Shown: in pieces, positions 9,686-19,769 of the stretch | Position numbering within the stretch: position 1 is the stretch's first letter | Layout of the letters: each line of letters begins with the position of its first letter | Virus record (IMG/VR): IMGVR_UViG_3300005611_000007 | Coordinates: 1 to 64,000 of that record | Reading direction: 5' to 3' (one strand) | Length of the DNA: 64,000 nucleotides | From: a virus | Lineage: Duplodnaviria; Caudoviricetes | Notes under the pieces: model-generated | What the model was told of the DNA's origin: nothing | Seen by the model: the letters and a program-made list of their open reading frames with translations, nothing else | Database searches by the model: none | Translations under genes and position numbers: made by a program

Positions 9686-12037
9686 TTATAATTGACGACC
9701 TGATCGCGCGCCACTACTAATCCAAGAAAATACTCCTTGAGAAAGATTTGCACCTTCATAAGGCGAACTTAAAGCCATCACCACGTTTCCTGAACTAGTA
9801 GATGAAACCACGTTTATAGCATACTGTCCATCTGTATTAGCACCGGTAGAATTAAATATAATCATATCCATTTGTGAAGTAATTTGACGTGGATAATGTA
9901 GTCTTGAACCAGAAGAACTTGTAGCGGTTTGGGCAAATAATGTATTAGGATAATATGTAGTACCTATATGTATCAATGATCCATTAGTTACCATGTGTGT
10001 ATCGTTAGCAATAGATACGACCGTCACAAATACTGATTCGTCGTTAGCCTCGTTTCTAGCATATATAGCATCTCCAACATTAAACGAAGTAGTAAAGGTT
10101 GTTCCATTACCAATAATCGTATTTGGAGAAGCTGTTAATTGTCTTATATATCCTGGTGTTGCGTCGTTATTATTATCACTATTAGAACTAAAATGTGTAG
10201 TGTTACCAAAAACAAGTTTCTTACTATTTAAATCCGTAATTGAAATATTAGCAAAAGCATCTATAGTTGTAGGCACTCCTGTACCTACAGTTGGTTGATC
10301 TACAAATGGAGACAAAGTAGTATAGTTATATATGAAAAGTCTACCACTATGTCTATTGAAAGGAGGTTCAACTAGAGATGCGATTGAAGCTGAATTTGGT
10401 GTGCCTACATCATTATTGATGAATATTGTTGAATCAAAGACAATACTAGAATCTACATTTAAAACATTTGAAATTAAAACTGTACCAAATAATTTTGTTC
10501 CTGAAGGATGTAAAAGAGTATTTACAACCTGTCTGTATGTATCAACAAATTTTTGGGATCTTAATACATAACTGAATTCTTGATAGTAATCATTTTGTAA
10601 ATATTGATCCCAACTAATAAATCCTTTTGTTGATAGATATTTACCTTCTCTTACTTCTACACCACTAACAACTGGAGAAGCAAGAGCGTTTACAGTGCCT
10701 GCTCTAGTTTGGTTTACAATACCAATATTTTCAAACTTAGAATAAGAACTACCTTTATTTGTAATTCCTACGGCGGTTATTGATCCTGGTAGATATACAG
10801 CCGATAGTTCGGCGTTATCACCATATATTCCACCATCATGAGGATCTTTTAGACCTTCATTAGCTACATTTGCTAATCTAACAGAAGGTCTTGGTAAAAC
10901 ACTATAACCGGTTCCATAGTTAATCATAGATATAGTTTGAATTGTACCAGTCTCTGTATTCTGAAATAACAAACCATTAATTATAGAACTAGAAACATTA
11001 GCAGCGGCTAGATTAGCAGATACAGCGGCGGTATTAGTACCTAAACTTACAAAGGTTGGTCCGGTGTTTAAAATAACATTACTCATAGGTGATATAACGT
11101 CTTGACAAATACTTAAAATAGAAGTATTTCCAATAGAAGTAATTTTTGCTTCTGCACCACTGCCACTACCACCGGTAAATACAATTGGCAGATTATTAAT
11201 ATAACCAGAACCACCTGAAATAATAGAAACATTAATAGCAGATTTATCATTAGTAGATATTACATAACCATTTGCACCACTACCAGTATCAGACGTAAAT
11301 GTAACTACATCACTAGAACGATGAAAAACACCACCTCCAAAACCTCTAGGTCTTAAAATGGTTTTTTCTTGTATTGTAACGTCTTGTAAACTACCAGAGG
11401 TAGCATAGATAAAACCTCTTGTATTAGTAACATCTGATACTACTTCTTCACCATCCGAAAAATCTATATTGTTCCAATTAGAAACTACAAGTTCAGTAAT
11501 AGTAGAACCGAGTTCAATGGTTTGTATTTGTTCTTCTACTCTACCAGTAGCGCCAGTGCTTTGTCCTGTAATTAATTGGCCCAAAAAACTATCAAGATCG
11601 CTAGAAGATACATTAGTTAATCTGACAATAGAAGGTTGATTCCATCTACCATCAGATGTTCTCAAGATATTATCTGATGGAAAATATACTTCTAAATCTT
11701 CGTTATATAAAGCTCTGAAAAGAAACTTAAAAGATTTCTCATTACCTTTTTGATAATACATCTCGCGAATATGTTTCGCAAGAAGAGCCTTATCTACTAC
11801 GGCGTCGTCTGGAATATTTTTATATATTTCTTCGCGAAAGTATTGAAAATAATCTGTTACGGTAGTATCAACATCTGCTCGTGAAAGAAGACTTTTACTG
11901 ACTTCAATGTAGTTATTGCTTTGTTCTAAGAATTCATAATAAGCCTTAATAAAGGCTTCCAGTTTGGGACCTTCATCCCGAACAAAATCCGGTAACTGTT
12001 GACTTATAAGAGCGGATGTTTTTTTATTAATAGCCAT
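9686..12037 (-). CDS. gp7: Baseplate wedge initiator gp7-like
   Basis: QQLPDFVR...FIKAYYEFLE, KGNEKSFKFLFRALY and YYQEFSYVL...LLHPSG motifs; lies between gp6 and gp8. Confidence 0.75.
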   Translation of the reverse strand: MAINKKTSALISQQLPDFVRDEGPKLEAFIKAYYEFLEQSNNYIEVSKSLLSRADVDTTVTDYFQYFREEIYKNIPDDAVVDKALLAKHIREMYYQKGNEKSFKFLFRALYNEDLEVYFPSDNILRTSDGRWNQPSIVRLTNVSSSDLDSFLGQLITGQSTGATGRVEEQIQTIELGSTITELVVSNWNNIDFSDGEEVVSDVTNTRGFIYATSGSLQDVTIQEKTILRPRGFGGGVFHRSSDVVTFTSDTGSGANGYVISTNDKSAINVSIISGGSGYINNLPIVFTGGSGSGAEAKITSIGNTSILSICQDVISPMSNVILNTGPTFVSLGTNTAAVSANLAAANVSSSIINGLLFQNTETGTIQTISMINYGTGYSVLPRPSVRLANVANEGLKDPHDGGIYGDNAELSAVYLPGSITAVGITNKGSSYSKFENIGIVNQTRAGTVNALASPVVSGVEVREGKYLSTKGFISWDQYLQNDYYQEFSYVLRSQKFVDTYRQVVNTLLHPSGTKLFGTVLISNVLNVDSSIVFDSTIFINNDVGTPNSASIASLVEPPFNRHSGRLFIYNYTTLSPFVDQPTVGTGVPTTIDAFANISITDLNSKKLVFGNTTHFSSNSDNNNDATPGYIRQLTASPNTIIGNGTTFTTSFNVGDAIYARNEANDESVFVTVVSIANDTHMVTNGSLIHIGTTYYPNTLFAQTATSSSGSRLHYPRQITSQMDMIIFNSTGANTDGQYAINVVSSTSSGNVVMALSSPYEGANLSQGVFSWISSGARSGRQL

Positions 12038-12039
12038 TT

Positions 12040-13917
12040 TTAGACCGCAAAAGTAAATCCAGAAGAGGTAGTTGCAATAGCATTTTCTGTGTTAATAGTA
12101 GTACTAACACCAGCCGTTGCTACTGTACCTACTGTTGATGTAATATTATTTGTATTGTCATCAACTGTACTAATAGTTGCTCCAGATATTAATAGTATCT
12201 GATTACGCGAAGCAAATATGTTTTTGTTTCTTGGTTTAACTTTCACAGAAAGATATTCGCCATCATACGCTGAAATTAAAGTGTTATTAATTGTAACTAG
12301 ACCAGTGTCATAGTCTATAATACCAAAATTTCTATTTCTATATACTTTACCTGTAGGAGTCTGAGTAAAGGATCTTAAAATTCCATACCCGTTGTCATCA
12401 ATTTTTTGACCACTAATACCATCTATAGTAAACGAAGAAGTAGACACTAGACCATTGAGATGTCCTTCATGTGGATGATATATGGCTTGATTAAATACTA
12501 ATTGATATGTATTTGTTGTAGTTAGTGGAATAAATCTTTTCTCAATTGTAATATCAGCATCTACAGACACAAAACTGGAATTAACATCTTTGATTGTTTC
12601 TATCATTTTGTATAGATAGAATTTTTGATCAAAAGTTCCAAGATTATTTGATTCGTAAGAAATTAGAGAATTCTGAATAATAGTATTTAATTCACCTGCT
12701 GTCAAAGATGTTGTTTGAGGATTATATCTGACAGTAATCGTTGGATTAATGTAAAGATAAGTAGCATCGACCATTTCAACGTCTATAGAAACAGTATTTC
12801 TTGTTTTCAATGAAGTTCTAATAGCTTCTTTTCTTTGATTTGAAAGAATTGCACCAGATAGAGGTTTAGTAGCAATAAAAACTTTACCATATACAGCAGG
12901 TATATTTTCTTCGCCACCCCAAACACTAATTGATTGAATATCGCCTTGTTCAGATAAAATTATATTCTTATAATCTTGCTTTGTTACAAGTCTATCTTGT
13001 GCTTGGAATTTGAATGGTGCATTAAACTTAATAGAATCTATTGTTTCTTGTGGTGCGCCGCCTTGGGCTGATGATGTAGTTGTAATAGTAAAGCTTGAAT
13101 ATCCAGCAAGAGATTCTGGTGCGCTAAACGTATTAGCACCATTAACAGTATTACCTGATGTTATTCTATAGTCTACAATAATAATGTTACCATCTATGGG
13201 TTTATTACCAAAAATACTATCACCAAATTGAATTTCATAAAGATTGTCTTCATTCTCTTGGACAAAATATATTTTTGAAGTACTATTTACAGAAGATAAA
13301 TCACCAGCAAGATTATAAGTAGATACTGTTGTGTTAGATGATGATTCTTGTATTCTAACTGTAAAACTAGTTGTGTCAGTATTTTCGTTAGGTAGAATAT
13401 ATCTTACAGGATTAGCAGTACTTACAGTAAATCTATGTTGAAGTGGTGTGCCTTCTACGATATTAAGAGTACCAGTAAATGTACCATTATCTTGAGGAGA
13501 CATTGTTGTTGCTCCTGACGTGACAAAGGTATATTCAATACCATCTATAGTAGATGTAAATTGAGTATTAGCAGGAACAGTAACTCCGGTAGGGCTATCA
13601 TCGGGTGTTATAACAGCAGATAATGCAGCCGTAGCTCCTCTTGCAGATCTTGGTACATAGTTTAACATCTTTGCGCGAGATACAACACTATTTCTTAACT
13701 GTGCTGAATCAAGGAACATTTCATTACCAACCATATTAAGATAGAATGAATTATGATAAGTATTATAAGCTAAAACATCCAATAAAATAGACAAAGTTGA
13801 ACTGTCAAAATCGTAGTCTGAAAATTCAGTTTGGCTTCGTAGATATGTCTTTAAACTTGTTTTAATATCATCAAAGTTTAATTCAGAAACATTTAATGTT
13901 GATTTGTTGCTGGCCAT
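12040..13917 (-). CDS. gp6: Baseplate wedge subunit gp6
   Basis: LNFDDIKTSLK...LLDVLAYNTY...FLDSAQLRNSVVS and QDRLVTKQDY...WGGEE motifs. Confidence 0.92.
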   Translation of the reverse strand: MASNKSTLNVSELNFDDIKTSLKTYLRSQTEFSDYDFDSSTLSILLDVLAYNTYHNSFYLNMVGNEMFLDSAQLRNSVVSRAKMLNYVPRSARGATAALSAVITPDDSPTGVTVPANTQFTSTIDGIEYTFVTSGATTMSPQDNGTFTGTLNIVEGTPLQHRFTVSTANPVRYILPNENTDTTSFTVRIQESSSNTTVSTYNLAGDLSSVNSTSKIYFVQENEDNLYEIQFGDSIFGNKPIDGNIIIVDYRITSGNTVNGANTFSAPESLAGYSSFTITTTSSAQGGAPQETIDSIKFNAPFKFQAQDRLVTKQDYKNIILSEQGDIQSISVWGGEENIPAVYGKVFIATKPLSGAILSNQRKEAIRTSLKTRNTVSIDVEMVDATYLYINPTITVRYNPQTTSLTAGELNTIIQNSLISYESNNLGTFDQKFYLYKMIETIKDVNSSFVSVDADITIEKRFIPLTTTNTYQLVFNQAIYHPHEGHLNGLVSTSSFTIDGISGQKIDDNGYGILRSFTQTPTGKVYRNRNFGIIDYDTGLVTINNTLISAYDGEYLSVKVKPRNKNIFASRNQILLISGATISTVDDNTNNITSTVGTVATAGVSTTINTENAIATTSSGFTFAV

Positions 13918-14363
13918 TATCGGATTCTTTCAACTGTAAATTCTAGTTCTGATAATATAGGTGATTCATTGATACGAAATATTATACTAATTGTTATAGC
14001 ATTGTTGTCTATTCTGTTTGAATTAACGTCTACATCGACAACTGTTACTCTTGGTTCAAATTGTCTTACGGTATCTTTAATGTTCTCTTTAATCGTTATT
14101 TCGGTGACTCGATCTAGATTCTCAAATAATAATGCTCTGATATTACCACCGTATAGGGGTTCGAAAAACTTTTCACCACTGTCTGTTAGAATAAGATTTC
14201 TCAACGCTCTTTTAATTGCATCTTCATTCTTTAATACTGTAACTTTTTTTGTTACTGGATGAGCTATAAAATTTAATCCTAAATCAGAATAAATGACATC
14301 GTTTATAGGCGATGTCGTTCTCGAAGGATTTTTTGCTCCAGAAAAAGTTGCTATTGATACCAT
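13917..14363 (-). CDS. gp25: Baseplate wedge subunit gp25
   Basis: YSDLGLNF...AIKRALRNLILT..GE..FEP.YG...FEPRV. Confidence 0.92.
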   Translation of the reverse strand: MVSIATFSGAKNPSRTTSPINDVIYSDLGLNFIAHPVTKKVTVLKNEDAIKRALRNLILTDSGEKFFEPLYGGNIRALLFENLDRVTEITIKENIKDTVRQFEPRVTVVDVDVNSNRIDNNAITISIIFRINESPILSELEFTVERIR

Positions 14364-14394
14364 AATCTTTTCTCTTGTTTTCTTATATTTATTA

Positions 14395-14634
14395 TTAATA
14401 TTTAAAGATATCTTCTACAGACTTGTATTTGGATATTTTTTCTGTTTCTATCATCTCTATGTCTGCTATAACAGCCTCAATGTTTTCTTTCCAATAATTT
14501 AAAAACTTATTCACTCTTGGGTATTTTGGTTTTATATCCATTGTTTGCCACATGAATTCTTGTATTAGATCTCTATAATCAGGCATATAGTAATATACAC
14601 GAAGTGAAACTAATACTTTATTTCGTACAAACAT
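14395..14634 (-). CDS. Usg-family protein
   Basis: YYMPDYRDLIQEFMWQTMDIKPKYPRVNKFLNYWKENIEA matches the recalled alphaproteobacterial Usg pattern (Y.MPD...LQ.F.WQ..D..P..P.L..FL..W...IEG). Confidence 0.75.
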   Translation of the reverse strand: MFVRNKVLVSLRVYYYMPDYRDLIQEFMWQTMDIKPKYPRVNKFLNYWKENIEAVIADIEMIETEKISKYKSVEDIFKY

Positions 14635-14654
14635 TAGAATTCCTATCCTAGATT

Positions 14655-15119
14655 TTAGGGATAATTAGCCGGATCAGCTGGGCCTGCTTGATCAAGTCCA
14701 TAAGTTTCTATCTGTGTTGTATCTTCAAAATCTACTTCAACAGCAACTAAGTCTATACCATGAACTCCTGTAGTTGTTGTTATTGTAGTTACAGTATTTC
14801 CTACAGAGACCGTACCAGATCCTCCTCCATTTGCAAATATATTAGTTGATCCCGTTTGTGCTTTATTTGGAATCCATGATGAATGACCAGCAGTAGCATC
14901 ATCTTGTCTATGCCATTTTATATTATTTACAAACACGTTTGGTGATCCTTCTAAAGCAGGATCTGTACAATAAGTCTTATCTCCTATTCTAACAGCCTTT
15001 TCACTATTAGCATAAGTGTTTGGCGAACCAGTAGCATATCTAGTTTGATGAAAAGGATTTGGTGTACTACTTGGATGTCCAATATGTCTATCCAGATTTG
15101 TTCGAACTACACCGGTCAT
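14655..15119 (-). CDS. PAAR-type spike tip protein (gp5.4-like) with C-terminal extension
   Basis: D.H.GH, GSPNTYAN...AVRIGD...C and GSPNVFVN repeats; directly after gp5. Confidence 0.8.
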   Translation of the reverse strand: MTGVVRTNLDRHIGHPSSTPNPFHQTRYATGSPNTYANSEKAVRIGDKTYCTDPALEGSPNVFVNNIKWHRQDDATAGHSSWIPNKAQTGSTNIFANGGGSGTVSVGNTVTTITTTTGVHGIDLVAVEVDFEDTTQIETYGLDQAGPADPANYP

Positions 15120-16033
15120 GAATATTGACTCGTCTTATTGAGATGAATTACTTTAGCTTCAATATCAAGTTCACCATCACCATTTTCTGCTGTGATGTCC
15201 AGATCATATCTACCTTTAATAACTTCTTTTTTATTACCGTCTATTAGTATATTCCAATCACCTTTTATATACGTATTACAATCTTCGTTTATATGAAGAT
15301 TAACTTTTCCTTCAACTCTGACATAATCGTTTTTTGCTATAATAGTATAATTATCACCTACAACTCTTGTTACTGTATTACCAGAAGCAGAAATCTCTCT
15401 GAACGTTCCAGATTTATGATATTCTTGTATTCTTTCATTATTTGGTGTATCGTCAACTTCAATCACATGACCAGACTCTGTTCTCCAAACATGATTTTTT
15501 GGATATGAAGCTGTATACTTATCTGTTGGTTCGTCCCAAGTACCTTGATCATGTGGTATTATTGAACCTGTCTTTCTATTTGCATTTTTTATTGTTGGTA
15601 AATCAGGACTCTCGTTTCTAGCAAGTTTATCAACGTCAGGTTCATTAATATAGGAAGGATAAACACCGTTAGGATCATTAAATCCCTTTTCTTTATTTGG
15701 CAGTTCAGTAGGTATACCAGCAATTGAACCAATCACCATTGGTTGTTGTGATTTCTCTCCATCTAAGAAAAATCCTACTACCCACGTACCTTCAACAAGT
15801 CCAGTAGGAGATCTACCTACCCCACTAATAGCGGCAGATGTGATTGGTTGTACACATTGCGCCCATGGTAATGCTTCTGTAGGAAGTTTTTTCTTATCTT
15901 CTGTATGATAAGTATAACACCTCACTCTGACTCTACCAAGTTTTAATGGATCGTTTCGATCTTCGACAACACCAAAAAACCATATAAGATTCATACCAAA
16001 ATAACTATTTTTAACTTTATCTGAGACAGCCAT
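15116..16033 (-). CDS. gp5: Baseplate central spike gp5 (OB-fold plus beta-helix, no lysozyme domain)
   Basis: WFFGVVEDRNDPLKLGRVRVR, GTWVVGFFLDG and TESGHVIEVDDTP..ERI..YHKSGTF; only 305 aa. Confidence 0.88.
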   Translation of the reverse strand: MAVSDKVKNSYFGMNLIWFFGVVEDRNDPLKLGRVRVRCYTYHTEDKKKLPTEALPWAQCVQPITSAAISGVGRSPTGLVEGTWVVGFFLDGEKSQQPMVIGSIAGIPTELPNKEKGFNDPNGVYPSYINEPDVDKLARNESPDLPTIKNANRKTGSIIPHDQGTWDEPTDKYTASYPKNHVWRTESGHVIEVDDTPNNERIQEYHKSGTFREISASGNTVTRVVGDNYTIIAKNDYVRVEGKVNLHINEDCNTYIKGDWNILIDGNKKEVIKGRYDLDITAENGDGELDIEAKVIHLNKTSQYS

Positions 16034-16044
16034 AATAATATTCC

Positions 16045-17463
16045 TTATTTGTATCTACCGGAGTATTTTTTATTCACATCAACAAAATAACTATCTTTAG
16101 CTAATGTTAGATATGTAAAATATCTACCCTCATTGCCAATAAAGTTATGAGTTAGAGAAGTGATTAGAAATTTATTATTTTTCTTATTTCCAAATAAATG
16201 TGAATACGGATTCATTTTATCTTCTTCTAAACTAGAAGAAATTGGAATATTTACATTTACTGTTTTACCACAAAGTAGATTGCTATTTCCTGGAACTGCT
16301 ATTGTCAATGTAGTATTATCTAAAAGATTAAATTTCATTGCTTTTCGACCATAAGATTTGTAAGCGGTATCAGCATGAAAAATAAACCTGTCATTTTTTT
16401 CTGTTATTCTATTTTTAATATATTCAATTTCTTGATATGTATCGTTGAACAATCTTGCTACATGATATTGTTTGTTTGATTGGCCTGTATCTTCTTTGAA
16501 AATGGATTCATCTATAATGATATTATTTCTGTCTAGAGTCTTGAATTTATCTTTACTTTTTTGAATATTCAGATAGTTATTAACTATCGACTTAAATCTT
16601 TTTGTTATAGGATCAATTACATCAATTCGATTACCAAATTTACCACCACTAGTCCCTCTAATTACATCATTACCTCCTGTATATTCAAACTGACTTATAG
16701 TTTCATATCTGGTATTATTATCTACTTTATTTAAAGTTCTTTCTTCGATACCATGGTCACCCATTATAAAAGTTTCTACAACGTCTTGTTCTAAGAGATA
16801 GCTTATAGGTGTGAAAACAAATTCGTCTCTATCTTCATAAAAGACAAAATCCGAATCAGGATATTCTGTTGACCTAGAGTTATCAACACATCTCTGAATA
16901 AAATCAAAAGGTCTTTCACCATTTACTGTAATTGATTGCAATCCATCAGTACTATCTGCTGATAGTGTTTTTTTAAATTTAGGATAATCTATTAATCTAA
17001 CACCTCTAAATTTTATATTCGATTTTAGAACATAAGAATCAAAGATATTTTTAACGATTTCTGAATAAGTCTTGCCTACAAAATTAATGTCTATATTTGT
17101 TAAGCTATCAATCATACCTTCAATAGATATTAAACCAAGCGTATAATGTTCTAATTTATCATCAACTTTAGTTCTATTATAAACAGAATAAACAAAAAAC
17201 GTTTTCGTTATAAAAATGTTTCCAGATTCAGGAGATCTAAAACGAATCGTAAATAATTCATCTCCAATAATAGGTAACTTATCTATTAGACCAAGACCAT
17301 CCATTATGGAAACACTACCATTCATACAATAAGAAAATATATTTTCTTGTATAACTAAATCTGTGATACTATAACGAACATCTATAGATGTTCCGTTTGA
17401 ACCTAATAGACTAGCCAATTCTATTTCAATATTTTCATTTAAAAATTCTGGTTGTGCCGCCAT
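16045..17463 (-). CDS. Baseplate hub protein (gp27-like)
   Basis: Sits between gp53 and gp5; LPIIGDE, FVFYE and VPGNSNLLCG...FLITSLTH motifs typical of hub proteins. Confidence 0.6.
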   Translation of the reverse strand: MAAQPEFLNENIEIELASLLGSNGTSIDVRYSITDLVIQENIFSYCMNGSVSIMDGLGLIDKLPIIGDELFTIRFRSPESGNIFITKTFFVYSVYNRTKVDDKLEHYTLGLISIEGMIDSLTNIDINFVGKTYSEIVKNIFDSYVLKSNIKFRGVRLIDYPKFKKTLSADSTDGLQSITVNGERPFDFIQRCVDNSRSTEYPDSDFVFYEDRDEFVFTPISYLLEQDVVETFIMGDHGIEERTLNKVDNNTRYETISQFEYTGGNDVIRGTSGGKFGNRIDVIDPITKRFKSIVNNYLNIQKSKDKFKTLDRNNIIIDESIFKEDTGQSNKQYHVARLFNDTYQEIEYIKNRITEKNDRFIFHADTAYKSYGRKAMKFNLLDNTTLTIAVPGNSNLLCGKTVNVNIPISSSLEEDKMNPYSHLFGNKKNNKFLITSLTHNFIGNEGRYFTYLTLAKDSYFVDVNKKYSGRYK

Positions 17464-18029
17464 TATCTAAAAACATCCGATAATTCTGAAAGTACGCTTC
17501 CTAAAGTATTTGTATCAACATAAATTATATTTCTTTTATTATCATTTAATTCTACTTCATAATCATATTTACTAATAGATTCTTTAACTGTGGTAGATAA
17601 AGTATTATAAGTCGTTAAATCAACTTTCAATGTTCTTTTTGGTATAATTGTTCCATCAAATAGAACCTTTTGTTGATTAAGTATCTTTCTATATTCATGA
17701 ACTGTACTTTGAGCAGCAGGAACACTACCATATCTACTTTCAATATAAGATATGAAATCTCTATATCCTAAAGGCCAGTCATAGATAGGATCATGCATAT
17801 TATTAATAAGTAAAAGAAACCAACTCAAATCAGATTGTCCATATAATTCAAACGCCACATTATCCGGTCTTTGCGACTCTTCAATCGTATAAGTATAATA
17901 AAAACCACGATTCTTTTTTATCGTTTCTACTATTTTATATCGTAACATGATATTTGTTACGATTTGAGATTTGTTTTTAAACTTCAAATCGTATGAGATT
18001 TTTGGAAAGTTATTAAAATAAAAAGACAT
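17463..18029 (-). CDS. gp53: Baseplate wedge subunit gp53
   Basis: YFNNFPKISY...RPDNVAFELYG...WFLLLINNMHDP.YDWP. Confidence 0.88.
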   Translation of the reverse strand: MSFYFNNFPKISYDLKFKNKSQIVTNIMLRYKIVETIKKNRGFYYTYTIEESQRPDNVAFELYGQSDLSWFLLLINNMHDPIYDWPLGYRDFISYIESRYGSVPAAQSTVHEYRKILNQQKVLFDGTIIPKRTLKVDLTTYNTLSTTVKESISKYDYEVELNDNKRNIIYVDTNTLGSVLSELSDVFR

Positions 18030-18063
18030 TAAGTACCTGCCTAGGTTGCTTGATTATATATTT

Positions 18064-19011
18064 TTATTCTTGTGGAGCTTGAGCTTGAGTAGGTTCGGCG
18101 GGTCGTATTGAAAATTTACCCTCTTTTGGAGATTCAATATACCCATCACCACCATAATTTTCTTCGTTAGACACACGAACAACTGTTTCTAAGAATGAAG
18201 TGTTTAGTGTAACTTCTACAGGAGCGTTTGTTGGATAATGATATTGTGCCCCTTTACCATGAAAATTAACATCAAAACTTGTCAAAACAGAAGTCTTAAT
18301 ATCAAAAAGATACTTATTATCAGATAAAGTGATACCAAATTGTTTAGGATAATCATAAAAATGTTTCAATTTATTTACTCCTGGTAACATAGCATTCCTA
18401 AACGCACTAATAATACTTCTTAATGTATCACTTTCTTTTTTATTTTTTGGAACTATATTCCAAGAAAAGTTGTGTGTTTTAAAGTTTACACCTTCAAACG
18501 CGGCGGCTAGATATGGATTTCTAGCTACACCAGCACCAACAGTAACTCCTTGTACTGCTTGTCCTAAACCAGCACCCAATATACCACCGGCCACTCCACC
18601 TTTTGCTCCAAGCAATCCTCCGGCACTCGCTGTTAATTCAGAACCATAATATAAGGCAAGATTACCAGCAACTTCTTTTAGACTTGTCGAATCTAAACTT
18701 AGTCCTTCATTTCCTAATACACTTTTAAGTTTATCAATAGCACCACCAACATTTCCTTGCGCGGCTTGTTGAACCGCACCTATTAATTCTGGTGCATTTC
18801 TAGCAGCCGCCGCTCCTACTGGTCCAAGTGATTGACCATTCCAGGTCGCTTGCCAACTTGTACTTAGATTTTGAGGCAAAGGTAAGGTGACAGTACAATA
18901 AACCGACTTTTTATCAAAATCTTCTCTTTTGTATTTGTAACTTTTAGAAATACGAAACATCATAAATTGGTCGTACTCAGATACGTCTAATGGTAATCTA
19001 AGATCTGCCAT
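18064..19011 (-). CDS. gp48: Baseplate tail-tube cap gp48
   Basis: LPLPQNL, NPYLAAAFEGVNFKTHNFSWNIVPKNKKES and VLTSFDVNF motifs. Confidence 0.8.
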   Translation of the reverse strand: MADLRLPLDVSEYDQFMMFRISKSYKYKREDFDKKSVYCTVTLPLPQNLSTSWQATWNGQSLGPVGAAAARNAPELIGAVQQAAQGNVGGAIDKLKSVLGNEGLSLDSTSLKEVAGNLALYYGSELTASAGGLLGAKGGVAGGILGAGLGQAVQGVTVGAGVARNPYLAAAFEGVNFKTHNFSWNIVPKNKKESDTLRSIISAFRNAMLPGVNKLKHFYDYPKQFGITLSDNKYLFDIKTSVLTSFDVNFHGKGAQYHYPTNAPVEVTLNTSFLETVVRVSNEENYGGDGYIESPKEGKFSIRPAEPTQAQAPQE

Positions 19012-19054
19012 ATAAATAATCCTTATTATAACACTTTTTATTATTTATATGGCA
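19006..19054. promoter_or_regulatory. Face-to-face pair of late promoters forming a 15-bp inverted repeat
   Basis: TGCCATATAAATAAT (19006-19020) and ATTATTTATATGGCA (19040-19054); each arm contains TATAAATA. Confidence 0.75.
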
Positions 19055-19489
19055 TATTCAGGAAAGTTTCAACCAAGAAATCCAAAGAAGTATAAAGGCA
19101 ACCCATCGAATATAGTATACCGTTCAAGTTGGGAAGCAAGATGTATGTCTTATTTTGATAAAAATGAAAATGTAATTTGGTGGTCTTCAGAAGAAATAAT
19201 AGTACCTTATCGAAGCCCTGTCGATGGTAAAGTTCATAGATACTATCCAGACTTTATTATTAAAGTAAAACAAAAAGATGGTGGTATTAAGACGATTATG
19301 ATAGAGATAAAACCAGAGTATCAAAAAAAAGAACCAAAAGTTCAAAAAAGAAAAACAAAGAAATATATAAACGAAGTCTTTACCTATGCTGTAAATCAAG
19401 CAAAATGGAAAGCGGCGTCTAGTTTTTGTAAAGATAGACTCTGGGAGTTTTATGTGTTAACAGAAAAAGATTTGGATATAAACCAATGA
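19049..19489 (+). CDS. gp4: Head completion nuclease gp4
   Basis: MAYSGKFQPRNPKKYKG...YRSSWE...WSSEE...HRYYPDF...EIKP...NQAKW. Confidence 0.92.
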   Translation: MAYSGKFQPRNPKKYKGNPSNIVYRSSWEARCMSYFDKNENVIWWSSEEIIVPYRSPVDGKVHRYYPDFIIKVKQKDGGIKTIMIEIKPEYQKKEPKVQKRKTKKYINEVFTYAVNQAKWKAASSFCKDRLWEFYVLTEKDLDINQ

Positions 19490-19761
19490 GTTTTTTTGTA
19501 TACGCCATCGGACCAGAAAACGGTCCTGTAAAAATTGGTTTTACCAATAACTTAAAAAAAAGATTAAAAGCTATACAAACTGGTAATTCAGAAAAAATTG
19601 AAGTTTTTTATTCAGAACAATTTGATAGTAAAAAAGATATGATGGAAGCAGAACGTATATTACATCACACATTATCTCACAGAAGACTAAAAGGAGAATG
19701 GTTTGATATCTCTCCGGAAGACGCTAAATTAGAATTAATTCATATGAAAATGAAATATTAG
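19486..19761 (+). CDS. T5orf172/GIY-YIG-like nuclease domain protein
   Basis: VYAIG...VKIGFT...RL..IQTGN...E..LH......GEWF. Confidence 0.8.
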   Translation: MSFFVYAIGPENGPVKIGFTNNLKKRLKAIQTGNSEKIEVFYSEQFDSKKDMMEAERILHHTLSHRRLKGEWFDISPEDAKLELIHMKMKY

Positions 19762-19769
19762 GAATCTCT

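Noticed and set aside
1879-17000. Numerous short plus-strand ORFs opposite the structural genes (and similar shadows elsewhere)
   Set aside because: They are antisense shadows of long, recognisable genes, with no RBS or motifs.
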